From the NCBI GenBank assembly GCA_947458265.1, contig CANGYF010000013.1:57301-121300 (forward strand): a stretch of DNA of 64,000 nt, written 5' to 3'. The translations under genes and the position numbers were made by a program. Each line of letters begins with the position of its first letter. Position 1 is the first letter of the stretch. The notes below the pieces were generated by a model. That model was not told where the DNA came from and did not search any database. It was given only the letters and a program-made list of their open reading frames with translations. Below are positions 54,757-64,000 of the stretch, one piece after another. The DNA comes from Betaproteobacteria bacterium (lineage in GTDB: Bacteria; Pseudomonadota; Gammaproteobacteria; Burkholderiales; CAIKXV01).

Positions 54757-55671
54757 TCATTCGGTCGTGTCGTTGCCGCGGGTACGGCTCTTGTCGAGCC
54801 GCGCGGACAGGTACAGCGTGCTCGGCGTGATCAGCAGCACCGGGTTCTCGAGCTGCAGCTTGCTCCGGCGCGGCGAGATATGCCCGCCGAGCAGTTGCAG
54901 GTCTTCCCCAGTCTTGCTGAACACCGGGAAGAACGACCGATCGTTGGTCGTGCACTGTACGTCGAAATCCGGCACCGCCTTGCGCGCGCGCTGGTACTCG
55001 GCACGAACCCGGCGCACCACCGCCGCCAGCTTCGGGTCGACCGGGTCCTTCCGGTCGACGCTCTGCACGCGGCAACGGAAGCCTGCACGACGCATCGCCG
55101 GCACGGTGTCCATCTCGTTGAAACTGGGCATGCGCGTGCCGAACGGCTTGAGATCGATGATCTTGAACGTGGCACGGCCGGCCGGGAACGACAGCATGAA
55201 CCTCGGGTCCTTCTCGGGATCGCGCTCGTCGGGCAGCAGCTTGATGTGGAACATGCCGCTGCGGTCGACATAACCGAACACGAACTCGCCACCACAGCCC
55301 AGGGTGTTGAGGTCCTCGCAGGCCTCGAAGATCTGCGCCCGCAGCTTGATCGCCCTTGCCTGGTCTTCCCGCACCTGATCGAACAGCGTGTTCCATTCCC
55401 AATCGGGCGTATGCGCGCGGTGGTGACCGCTGTAGAGGTCGAACACCCAGCGCAGTTCGTCGACCGAGCGCGGCCGCGCGGCCTTCGACGCGTTCTTCTC
55501 GGCGAGCGCCTCGAACGCCGCGAGTTCCTCGCGCGTGCGCGGCGGGGTGAACGAGTCAGCGGCCGCAGGCGCGGCGGCCAGGTTCAGGGCCAGCCCGACG
55601 GCGGCCAGCGCACCTGCCAGTACACCTGCCAGCGGCCGGCGCTGGCATCCCGTGGTTTCAGTTCCGGACAT
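54757..55671 (-). CDS. Hypothetical exported protein, no family recognised
   Basis: The 304-aa product has a signal-like N-terminus (QRRPLAGVLAGALAAVGLALNLAAAPAAA-DS). Amino-acid composition is ordinary, and neighbouring genes leave no competing ORF. Confidence 0.6.
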   Translation of the reverse strand: MSGTETTGCQRRPLAGVLAGALAAVGLALNLAAAPAAADSFTPPRTREELAAFEALAEKNASKAARPRSVDELRWVFDLYSGHHRAHTPDWEWNTLFDQVREDQARAIKLRAQIFEACEDLNTLGCGGEFVFGYVDRSGMFHIKLLPDERDPEKDPRFMLSFPAGRATFKIIDLKPFGTRMPSFNEMDTVPAMRRAGFRCRVQSVDRKDPVDPKLAAVVRRVRAEYQRARKAVPDFDVQCTTNDRSFFPVFSKTGEDLQLLGGHISPRRSKLQLENPVLLITPSTLYLSARLDKSRTRGNDTTE

Positions 55672-55770
55672 GATCTTCTTTCGTGGTTGCCTGGCCGCGC
55701 GTCGCGAGGATCCGCGGCGTGCCGCCGTTGCGGCGATCGCCTTGGGTCGAGTGGCTCCGGCGGCCCGGCA

Positions 55771-56997
55771 TCAGCCTGCGGCCAGCGCCCTCGACGCGCC
55801 TTCACCCGAAGCCGGACGCTTGCGCAGGTGTGCCGCGATCCGCTCGACGCCTTCGCGCAGCGAGTCCATGCTGGTGGTGTAGGCAAAGCGCACATGCTGG
55901 TGCGCCCGATGCACGCCGAAGTCTGCGCCGGGCGTGATCGCGACGCCCGAACTCTCGAGCATGTCGAGCGCGAACGCGAAGCTGTCGTCGGTCAGCGCGC
56001 TGCAGTCGGCGTACAGGTAGAACGCGCCCTCGGGGATCACCGGGATCCTGAAGCCCAGTCCGACCAGGGCCTTCGCAAGGTAGTCGCGCCGCTCGCCGAA
56101 CTCGGCCCGCTGCCGTTCGCAGATGGCCATCGATTCCGGGCTGAATGCTGCCAGCGCCGCATGCTGGGCCACGGTCGAACAGGCCAGGAACAGGTTCTGC
56201 GCCAGCCGCTCGGCCGGGTCGTGGTAGGCCTCGGGCACGACGATCCAGCCCAGGCGCCAGCCGGTCATCGTGAAGAACTTGGAGAAGCCGTTGATGACGA
56301 ACGCCTTGTCGGTCAGCGCCAGCGCGGTCGGCGGACGCTCGCCGTACACCAGGCCGTGGTAGATCTCGTCGACCACCAGCGCAGCGTTGCGCCCCTGCAC
56401 CTCGTCGACGATACGCTGCAGTTCCGGACCTGGGATCGTGGTACCGGTCGGGTTGGCCGGCGTGGCCACCATCACCGCCCGGGTGCGCTCGGTCCAGTTC
56501 GCGGCGATGGCCGCCGCGGTGAGCTGGTAGCCGGTCTCCGGCCCGCTGGGGATGCCGACCGGCACGCCTTCGCAGAAGCGGATGAAGTGCCGGTTGGCCG
56601 GGTAGGACGGATCGGCCAGCAGCACCTCGTCGCCCGGGCAGAGCAGCACGCCCATCGCCAGCAGCAGCGCGCCCGACGAGCCGGGCGTGACGATGATGCG
56701 ATCGGGCGACACCTCCACCCCGTATTCGTTCCGGTAGTAGCCGGCGATCGCGCGGCGCAGCGCCGGCAACCCGAGCGCGGGCAGGTAGTGCACATCACCG
56801 CCGCGCGTTGCCTCGAGCGCCGCCGCGGTGACCGGCGCCGGCGTCGGGAAATCGGGCTCGCCGATTTCCATGTGGATGATCGAACGACCCTGCGCTTCCA
56901 GTTCCTTCGCTCGGGCGAGCAGTTTCAGCACCTGGAACGTCGCAATGCCCGACATGCGCGTCGCCAGCGGCGCGCCCTGCAGTTTCGATGAACTCAT
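55771..56997 (-). CDS. Class I/II pyridoxal-phosphate-dependent aminotransferase
   Basis: EIGEPDF, TPANPTG, DEIYHGL and NGFSKFFTMTGWRLG (PLP-lysine block) are present. The ATG overlaps the upstream stop (ATGA). A GTG one codon upstream is also possible. Confidence 0.9.
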   Translation of the reverse strand: MSSSKLQGAPLATRMSGIATFQVLKLLARAKELEAQGRSIIHMEIGEPDFPTPAPVTAAALEATRGGDVHYLPALGLPALRRAIAGYYRNEYGVEVSPDRIIVTPGSSGALLLAMGVLLCPGDEVLLADPSYPANRHFIRFCEGVPVGIPSGPETGYQLTAAAIAANWTERTRAVMVATPANPTGTTIPGPELQRIVDEVQGRNAALVVDEIYHGLVYGERPPTALALTDKAFVINGFSKFFTMTGWRLGWIVVPEAYHDPAERLAQNLFLACSTVAQHAALAAFSPESMAICERQRAEFGERRDYLAKALVGLGFRIPVIPEGAFYLYADCSALTDDSFAFALDMLESSGVAITPGADFGVHRAHQHVRFAYTTSMDSLREGVERIAAHLRKRPASGEGASRALAAG

Positions 56998-57875
56998 CAC
57001 ACCCCGTGCCTGGTGAACCAGTCGCGCATCTTCTGCCAGCCGTCGTCTGCCGCGCCCTTGCGGTAGCTCGGGCGGTAGTCGGCATAGAACGCATGCGGGG
57101 CTTCCGGATACAGCACGATCTCGCTGGTCGTGTTACCAGCCGCTTTCAGCGCCGCGCGCATCTTCTCGACCGTCTCGACCGGGATGCCGGCATCGGCTTC
57201 GCCGTACAGGCCCAGCACCGGCACCTTGAGCAGCGGCGCCAGTTCGACCGGATACACCGGCTGCAGCGGTGCCATCGAGGCGGCCACCAGCCGCCCGTAC
57301 CAGGCCACGCCCGCCTTCACCGACGGGTTGTGCACGCAATAGGTCCAGGTGATGCGCCCGCCCCAGCAGAAGCCGGTGACGCCCAGGCGCGAGGTGTCGC
57401 ACTTGCCTGTGGCCTTGGCATGCACGACGGCGGCATCGAGGTCGGACATGACCTGGCTGTCGGGCACATGGTTGACCACCTTGGCGAAGATCTCCGGCGG
57501 ATCGGTCAGCGTCGACACGTCGCCCTGGCGCGCATAGAGCTCGACGGTGATCGCGAAATACCCGACCTTGGCCAGCCGGCGGCAGACATCCTTGATGTGC
57601 TCGTGAACGCCGAAGATCTCCTGCACCACCAGAATCACCGGCAGGTTGGTGCCGTTCTCGGGGTAGGCGCGGTAGGCCGGCACGTCGCCGTCACGGGTGG
57701 TCAGCGACACTTCGCCGGCAACCAGCCCGGCGGTATCGGTGCTGATCGCCGTAGACTGGATCGGTTGGCAGGCGCGGGCAAAGCCCTCGGTCAGCCGTCC
57801 GAGCAGGGCATGGCCGGCCGGCTGGGCGCCGGTGCCAGGCAGGGACTGCCAGCCGGTGTTGAGTGTCTGGTCCAT
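56997..57875 (-). CDS. Dienelactone hydrolase family protein
   Basis: The start is MDQTLNTGW at 57875. [17 protein letters not shown] and GVTGFCWGG (nucleophile Cys) are present. The C-terminus has HAF. Confidence 0.85.
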   Translation of the reverse strand: MDQTLNTGWQSLPGTGAQPAGHALLGRLTEGFARACQPIQSTAISTDTAGLVAGEVSLTTRDGDVPAYRAYPENGTNLPVILVVQEIFGVHEHIKDVCRRLAKVGYFAITVELYARQGDVSTLTDPPEIFAKVVNHVPDSQVMSDLDAAVVHAKATGKCDTSRLGVTGFCWGGRITWTYCVHNPSVKAGVAWYGRLVAASMAPLQPVYPVELAPLLKVPVLGLYGEADAGIPVETVEKMRAALKAAGNTTSEIVLYPEAPHAFYADYRPSYRKGAADDGWQKMRDWFTRHGV

Positions 57876-57945
57876 CGTGTCGTCTCCGGTCGGAATTGCT
57901 GGAACATGCGCGCGAGCAGTGCGCCCAACCCCCGATCGTACTAGG

Positions 57946-58977
57946 TCAGGCTGCCTTCGTGCGGCGCGGCACCGCACGGCGCGCGGCCGGGGCCGGCGCG
58001 TCGATCGCGGGCCCAGGGATGGGCGCCGTCTCGGGCGTGCCGGGCGGGATCGCAATGTCCGCGACGCCGGCCAGCGCCAGCCCCTGGTCCCAGTAAGGCT
58101 GCGGACCGAAGCGCTCGACGAAGAAGTCGACGAACGCGCGCACCTTGGGCGACAGGTAGCGGTTTGGCAGATATACCGCGTTGATGTGGCTGCCGAAGGT
58201 ACCCAGCGCCTCGTAGTCGGTAAACAGTGCCTTGAGCCTGCCGGCGCGCAGGTCGTCGCCGACGACGAAGGTCGGCGACATCGCGATGCCCACGTCACGC
58301 AGCACCACCTCGCGGATGGCAAGGCTGTTGGTCGCGATGAAGTTGCCGCCGACCCGCACGCTCACCACCGACCCGTCCGGCGCGCGGAACTTCCAGTCGC
58401 TGTGCATGGAGCGGAACGAATAGAACAGGCAGTTGTAGCTGGCGAGCGACTCCAGCGACTGCGGGGTACCGTGCTTCTTGAGGTACTGCGGCGAGGCGCA
58501 GACCACCCAGCGGATCGGCGCCAGCTTGCGCGCGACCGTGTTCGGCGCGAGGTCGCCGAACAGCTGGATCGCCACGTCGATGCCCTCCTCAGCGAGGTCG
58601 GCGCCGCGGTCGATCAGGTCCATCTCGAGCCGGATGTCGGGATACTTCTCGAGGAAGGCGGGCGCCGCCGAGGCCACGTGCATCCGGCCGAAGGCGGCCG
58701 GCGCGGTCACCTTCAGCACGCCGCTGGGTGCACCGCCCAGCCGCGATACCGCGACCTCGGCCGCCTCCGCCTCCTGCACCACGCGGGCGCAGTGCTGGTA
58801 GAAGGTCGTGCCGACGTCGGTCAGGCTGAGCGTGCGGGTGGTGCGGTTGAGCAGCCGCGCCTTCAGTTCGCGCTCGAGGCGCGCCACATGCTTGCTCACC
58901 GCGGATTTCGAAATGCCGAGCCGGCGCGCCGCGCCCGAGAAGCTTTTCGCCTCGGCCACGCGCGCGAAGATCGCCAT
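57946..58977 (-). CDS. LysR-family transcriptional regulator
   Basis: [32 protein letters not shown] is the wHTH, followed by a LysR substrate-binding domain. ATG at 58977 is the first canonical start near the HTH, and the 64-codon upstream extension is unlikely. The Pro/Ala-rich C-terminal tail is unusually long. Confidence 0.85.
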   Translation of the reverse strand: MAIFARVAEAKSFSGAARRLGISKSAVSKHVARLERELKARLLNRTTRTLSLTDVGTTFYQHCARVVQEAEAAEVAVSRLGGAPSGVLKVTAPAAFGRMHVASAAPAFLEKYPDIRLEMDLIDRGADLAEEGIDVAIQLFGDLAPNTVARKLAPIRWVVCASPQYLKKHGTPQSLESLASYNCLFYSFRSMHSDWKFRAPDGSVVSVRVGGNFIATNSLAIREVVLRDVGIAMSPTFVVGDDLRAGRLKALFTDYEALGTFGSHINAVYLPNRYLSPKVRAFVDFFVERFGPQPYWDQGLALAGVADIAIPPGTPETAPIPGPAIDAPAPAARRAVPRRTKAA

Positions 58978-59171
58978 GCCGACCAGGTTCTCGAGGTGTT
59001 CCAGGACCGTATCCCGCAGACGTTGGACAGCGCCAACAAGGAAACAATGGTATTCCAGAACGCCGGATTGTGGCCATGGAGAAACGCAGCAGTCCGCGCG
59101 ACCTTCCGACCGCGCGTGGCTCGCGTAGACTTCCTCCGTCGCAGACCATGAGCCGAACAGGGAGAGCATCG

Positions 59172-59723
59172 ATGGAACGCCGGGATTTCTTGCTGTCTGG
59201 ACTGGCCGGGTCGGCGGTCATCGCATCGGGCACCACGTTCGCCCAGGAAGGCCGGCGCACCCCGGACGTCATATACGTCCCGACGCCGCAGGAAGTGGTT
59301 GAAGGAATGCTCAAGCTGGCCAAGGTCGGCAAGACCGACGTGGTGTACGACCTGGGCTGCGGCGACGGCCGCATCGTGGTCACCGCCGCACGCCAGTTCG
59401 GCGCCCGGTCGGTCGGCATCGACATCGACCCGATCCGCATCCGCGAAGCGACCGAGAACGTCCGCGTGGCCGGCGTCGGCGAACGCGTGAAGCTGATCGA
59501 GGGCGACCTGTTCGCCACCGACATCAGCGAAGCGACCGTGGTGACGCTCTACCTGCTGTCGCGACTGAACCTGAAGCTGCGGCCGAAGCTGCTGAAGGAA
59601 CTGCGGCCTGGTACGCGCATCGTGTCGCATGCGTTCGACATGGACGACTGGAAGCCGCAGCGCAGCGAATCGGTGGGCTCGAGCACGATCTACCTGTGGA
59701 CGGTCCCGGGCAAGAAGGCCTGA
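59172..59723 (+). CDS. Class I SAM-dependent methyltransferase with twin-arginine (Tat) signal peptide
   Basis: ATG at 59172 follows GGAGAG. MERRDFLLSGLAGSAVIASGTTFA-QE is a Tat-type signal. VYDLGCGDGR is SAM motif I, and IDIDP and LIEGDLF are also present. Confidence 0.75.
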   Translation: MERRDFLLSGLAGSAVIASGTTFAQEGRRTPDVIYVPTPQEVVEGMLKLAKVGKTDVVYDLGCGDGRIVVTAARQFGARSVGIDIDPIRIREATENVRVAGVGERVKLIEGDLFATDISEATVVTLYLLSRLNLKLRPKLLKELRPGTRIVSHAFDMDDWKPQRSESVGSSTIYLWTVPGKKA

Positions 59724-59784
59724 GCCTGCACTACCCCTTGCCCCCGTCGCTGCGCGACGGTCGGCACAGGACTTCGGGACAGGA

Positions 59785-60135
59785 TCAGGGCGCCTCGCGC
59801 TCGTCGGCGCATTCCTGGCAGAACACCTCGGCCGGATCGGAATCCAGCCGCTCGCCGTCCATGGTTGCACGACATTCGCAGCACAGGCCATAGGATCCGG
59901 CATCGATGCGCGCGAGTGCCGCCTCGACCTTGCGCCGGCGCAGGTTGAACTTCTCCAGCTGGTCGCGGGTGTTCACCTGTTGCGCCATCGCGTCCATGCG
60001 CGCCTGGCGCATGTCGGGCGAGACATCGGCCGTGACCTTGCCGCCGGCCCCGAGCAGGCCGGCAATGGAATCGAGCTGGCGGCCCAGGTCGGCGGTCAGT
60101 CGGGTGCGATAGAGCGTCTGTTCGGCATTGTTCAT
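59785..60135 (-). CDS. DksA/TraR-family C4-type zinc-finger protein
   Basis: The start MNNAEQT at 60135 follows GGAGCG. There is a coiled-coil region, then CCECRATMDGERLDSDPAEVFCQEC (CxxC-x17-CxxC). Confidence 0.75.
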   Translation of the reverse strand: MNNAEQTLYRTRLTADLGRQLDSIAGLLGAGGKVTADVSPDMRQARMDAMAQQVNTRDQLEKFNLRRRKVEAALARIDAGSYGLCCECRATMDGERLDSDPAEVFCQECADEREAP

Positions 60136-60285
60136 CGGGTCACGCTCCATTTTCGGCAGGGCTACAGCTTGCGCCCATTCGCGCCTCCCGGGTTGGATAT
60201 CCGCACCCCCGGGCTGGGCCGGGGCCGGACGGGCTACAATCCGCGCCTTTCCGGCTGCCGGTGGCTGCCCGGACACCCAACGAGC

Positions 60286-61905
<1,620 letters not shown>

Positions 61906-61911
61906 CCGACC

Positions 61912-62919
61912 ATGACCTGTGCAGACGCAGACGCCGAGGTGACACCCGTGACATCCACGCTGGCCATCGCGTTGACGCTCGTGCTTTCCGCCACGGGCCT
62001 GCCCGCCGCATTCGCGCAGCCATCAGGCGCTGCCTTCCCCGCGAAGCCGTTGCGCATCATCTCGCCGTATTCCCCGGGCGGCCTTGGGGACAGCTTCCCT
62101 CGCGCGGTCGCTTCGGGCCTCGCGGAATCACTGGGACAACCGGTGATCGTCGAGAACCGGCCCGGCGCGTCGCAGGTGATCGGGATGCAGGTGGCAGCGA
62201 AGGCCCCACCGGACGGCTACACGATGGTGTTCGGCAGCGTCACCAGCCTCGCCATCAATCCGGCCGTCAGCAAGGAACTCCCCTACGACCCGGTCAAGGA
62301 TTTCGCCCCACTCAGCCTGTGCGTGACCACGCCGCTGTACCTCGTGGTGCATCCCTCGGTGCCGGCGACGAGCGTGAAGGACCTGGTCGCGCTGGCACGC
62401 CGACAGCCCGGCCGCCTGACCTTCGCCTCGGGTGGCAACGGCTCTTCGAACCATCTGGCCGGTGAACTGCTGAAACTGCTCGCCGGCATCGACATGATCC
62501 ACGTGCCGTACAAAGGTGCCGGGCCGGCGATGGCCGACGTGATGGGCGGCCATGTCGACCTGATGCTCGGCTCCGCTGGTCTGTCGGAGGCGCGCGCGGG
62601 ACGCGTGCGCGTGCTCGGGGTCACCAGCACGAGGCGCACGGCAGCCGCACCCGATGTACCCACGCTGCAGGAAGCCGGGGTTGCCGGCTATGAATCGACC
62701 ATCTGGTTCGGCCTGCTCGCGACCGGGGGCACGCCGGCACCGATCGTCGATCGCCTTTCGCGCGACATCCGCAAGGTGCTGCAGCAGCCGGCACTGCAGA
62801 AGACCTTCAGCACGGTCGACATCACGCCGACCACGCCCGAGGGATTCGCCGCGCACATACAGGCCGAGATGCAGAAGTGGCGCAAGGTGATCAGCCGCGC
62901 AAAGATCGTGATGGAGTGA
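61912..62919 (+). CDS. Bug-family (TctC-like) substrate-binding protein
   Basis: A signal peptide (..LPAAFAQ) is followed by FPAKPLRIISPYSPGG and VENRPGAS. The exact start is uncertain: ATG 61912 or a downstream GTG. Confidence 0.85.
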   Translation: MTCADADAEVTPVTSTLAIALTLVLSATGLPAAFAQPSGAAFPAKPLRIISPYSPGGLGDSFPRAVASGLAESLGQPVIVENRPGASQVIGMQVAAKAPPDGYTMVFGSVTSLAINPAVSKELPYDPVKDFAPLSLCVTTPLYLVVHPSVPATSVKDLVALARRQPGRLTFASGGNGSSNHLAGELLKLLAGIDMIHVPYKGAGPAMADVMGGHVDLMLGSAGLSEARAGRVRVLGVTSTRRTAAAPDVPTLQEAGVAGYESTIWFGLLATGGTPAPIVDRLSRDIRKVLQQPALQKTFSTVDITPTTPEGFAAHIQAEMQKWRKVISRAKIVME

Positions 62920-62924
62920 AGCCA

Positions 62925-64000
62925 GTGAAACCAGTGTCGTTTGCGATCATCGGTGCCGGCATCGGCGGGCTTGCAACCGCGGCGCTGCTGCTGCGTGCAG
63001 GACACCGGGTGCAGGTGTTCGAGCAGGCGGCACGGTTCGCGCGCGTCGGCTCGGGCATCCAGATGGCGCCCAACGCCGTCAAGGTGCTGCGCTACCTCGG
63101 CATCGAAGACGTGCTGCGCAGGACCGCATTCCAGGCCGACTTCGCGATCAGCCGCACATGGGACACCGGCGTCGAGACCAGCCGCCTCCCGCTGGGCTCG
63201 GAGGTCGAACGCGCCTTCGGTGCGCCCTACCTCTTCCTGCATCGGGCCGACCTGCATGCCGCGATCGCCGGCATCGTGCCTTCCGAAGTGGTGCACCTGG
63301 GCATGAAGCTCGCGGCGATCGACCAGGATCCGCAGGGCGTGAACCTGCGCTTCACGGACGGGACATCCGTACGCGCCGATGCGGTGATCGGTGCCGACGG
63401 CGTTCACTCCCTGGTCCGCGAGACGCTGCTCGGACCCGAGAAGCCACGATTCACCGGCCGGGTGGCCTACAGGACCACTTACGCGTCCGACCGCCTGCGG
63501 GGCATGAAGCTGGCCCCGGTGCGCACCAAGTGGTGGGGGCCGGACAGGCACATGGTGGTGTACTACGTCACCCACCCGCAGGACGAGCTGTACTTCGTGA
63601 CCAGCGTGCCCGAACGTGCCGAATGGACCACGCCCGAGTCATGGTCCGCGAAGGGAGATCTCGACGAACTGCGTGCTGCATACGCCGGCTTCCACCCGGA
63701 AGTGCAGGCGATCCTGGATGCATGCCCTGAGGTCTTCAAGTGGGCGCTGTTCGAACGCGATCCCCTGCCGAGGTGGTCGGACGGACGCATCGCGCTGCTC
63801 GGCGACGCCTGCCATCCGATGACGCCCTACATGGCCCAGGGCGCGGCGTCCGCACTGGAGGATGCAGCGGTCCTGTCGCGCTGCCTGCACCGGGTCGAGT
63901 CCGATGGCGTGCAGGAGGCCTACCAGCTGTACGAGCGGATCCGGAAGCCGCGTGCATCGGAGATCCAGGCGGGATCGAGCGCGAACAACTGGCTGCGCGA
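62925..64000 (+). CDS. FAD-dependent monooxygenase, salicylate-hydroxylase / 6-hydroxynicotinate-3-monooxygenase (NicC)-like, 3'-partial
   Basis: This frame is not in the supplied track because it runs off the window. It reads VKPVSFAIIGAGIGGLATAALL, VIGADGVHS, KWWGPDRHMVVYYV..DELYFVT and LLGDACHPMTPYMAQGA. In-frame GTG candidates lie at 62916, 62925 and 62934. Confidence 0.8.
   Translation, partial: MKPVSFAIIGAGIGGLATAALLLRAGHRVQVFEQAARFARVGSGIQMAPNAVKVLRYLGIEDVLRRTAFQADFAISRTWDTGVETSRLPLGSEVERAFGAPYLFLHRADLHAAIAGIVPSEVVHLGMKLAAIDQDPQGVNLRFTDGTSVRADAVIGADGVHSLVRETLLGPEKPRFTGRVAYRTTYASDRLRGMKLAPVRTKWWGPDRHMVVYYVTHPQDELYFVTSVPERAEWTTPESWSAKGDLDELRAAYAGFHPEVQAILDACPEVFKWALFERDPLPRWSDGRIALLGDACHPMTPYMAQGAASALEDAAVLSRCLHRVESDGVQEAYQLYERIRKPRASEIQAGSSANNWLR

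Noticed and set aside
59744-59760. Short hairpin (CCGTCGC-tgc-GCGACGG) between the convergent methyltransferase and DksA/TraR genes
   Set aside because: It has only a 7-bp stem with a 3-nt loop and no U-tract, which is too weak to call a terminator.
59629-60285. 219-codon upstream extension of prfC, and the 694-aa minus ORF 59785-61869
   Set aside because: RF3 homology starts at about 60286. The extension overlaps the DksA/TraR gene on the opposite strand. Only the last 116 codons of the minus ORF (59785-60135) look real; the rest is antisense to prfC.

Overview
This is a very GC-rich bacterial chromosomal segment. G+C looks well above 65% by eye but was not computed. The gene content, with many Bug/TctC-type binding proteins and PEP-CTERM proteins, suggests a betaproteobacterium of the Burkholderiales/Rhodocyclales type; that is inference only. 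I support about 55 densely packed protein-coding genes. I recognised no rRNA, tRNA, CRISPR array, transposase or integrase. All product calls come from reading motifs in the supplied translations, not from database searches.

The backbone is housekeeping and catabolic:
- rlmJ, transaldolase, hrpA and prfC
- an IlvD/Edd-family dehydratase and a 5'-partial UxaA-type dehydratase
- five orphan Bug/TctC solute-binding proteins
- assorted oxidoreductases, a sulfatase and a very long amidase
- a two-component system, a GGDEF-EAL protein and a LysR regulator

The most unusual content is:
1. A tightly spaced minus-strand operon at 13610-20918. It encodes a FadL-type outer-membrane channel, a 1047-aa protein fusing an amine-oxidase/desaturase-like flavoprotein to an acetoacetate-decarboxylase-like domain, and a 922-aa STAND (AAA_16 + TPR) NTPase with no recognisable effector or DNA-binding domain. 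This is my best candidate for an undescribed system.
2. A decayed toxin-antitoxin cassette at 45123-45756. It is bracketed by 58-bp direct repeats that duplicate the 3' end of the neighbouring oxidoreductase gene, an att-like scar.
3. A 35-codon ORF with a perfect AAGGAGGTGA Shine-Dalgarno sequence. An in-frame TAA is followed by 30 more sense codons and an intrinsic terminator.
4. A divergent pair of PEP-CTERM / VPLPA-CTERM secreted proteins next to a HlyD gene relic.
5. An intact ParE/RelE-RHH module with an operator-like palindrome.
6. Several gene relics, tandem microrepeats, and a Tat-signal-bearing SAM methyltransferase.

Many very long antisense ORFs in the supplied track are GC-driven artefacts and were rejected.
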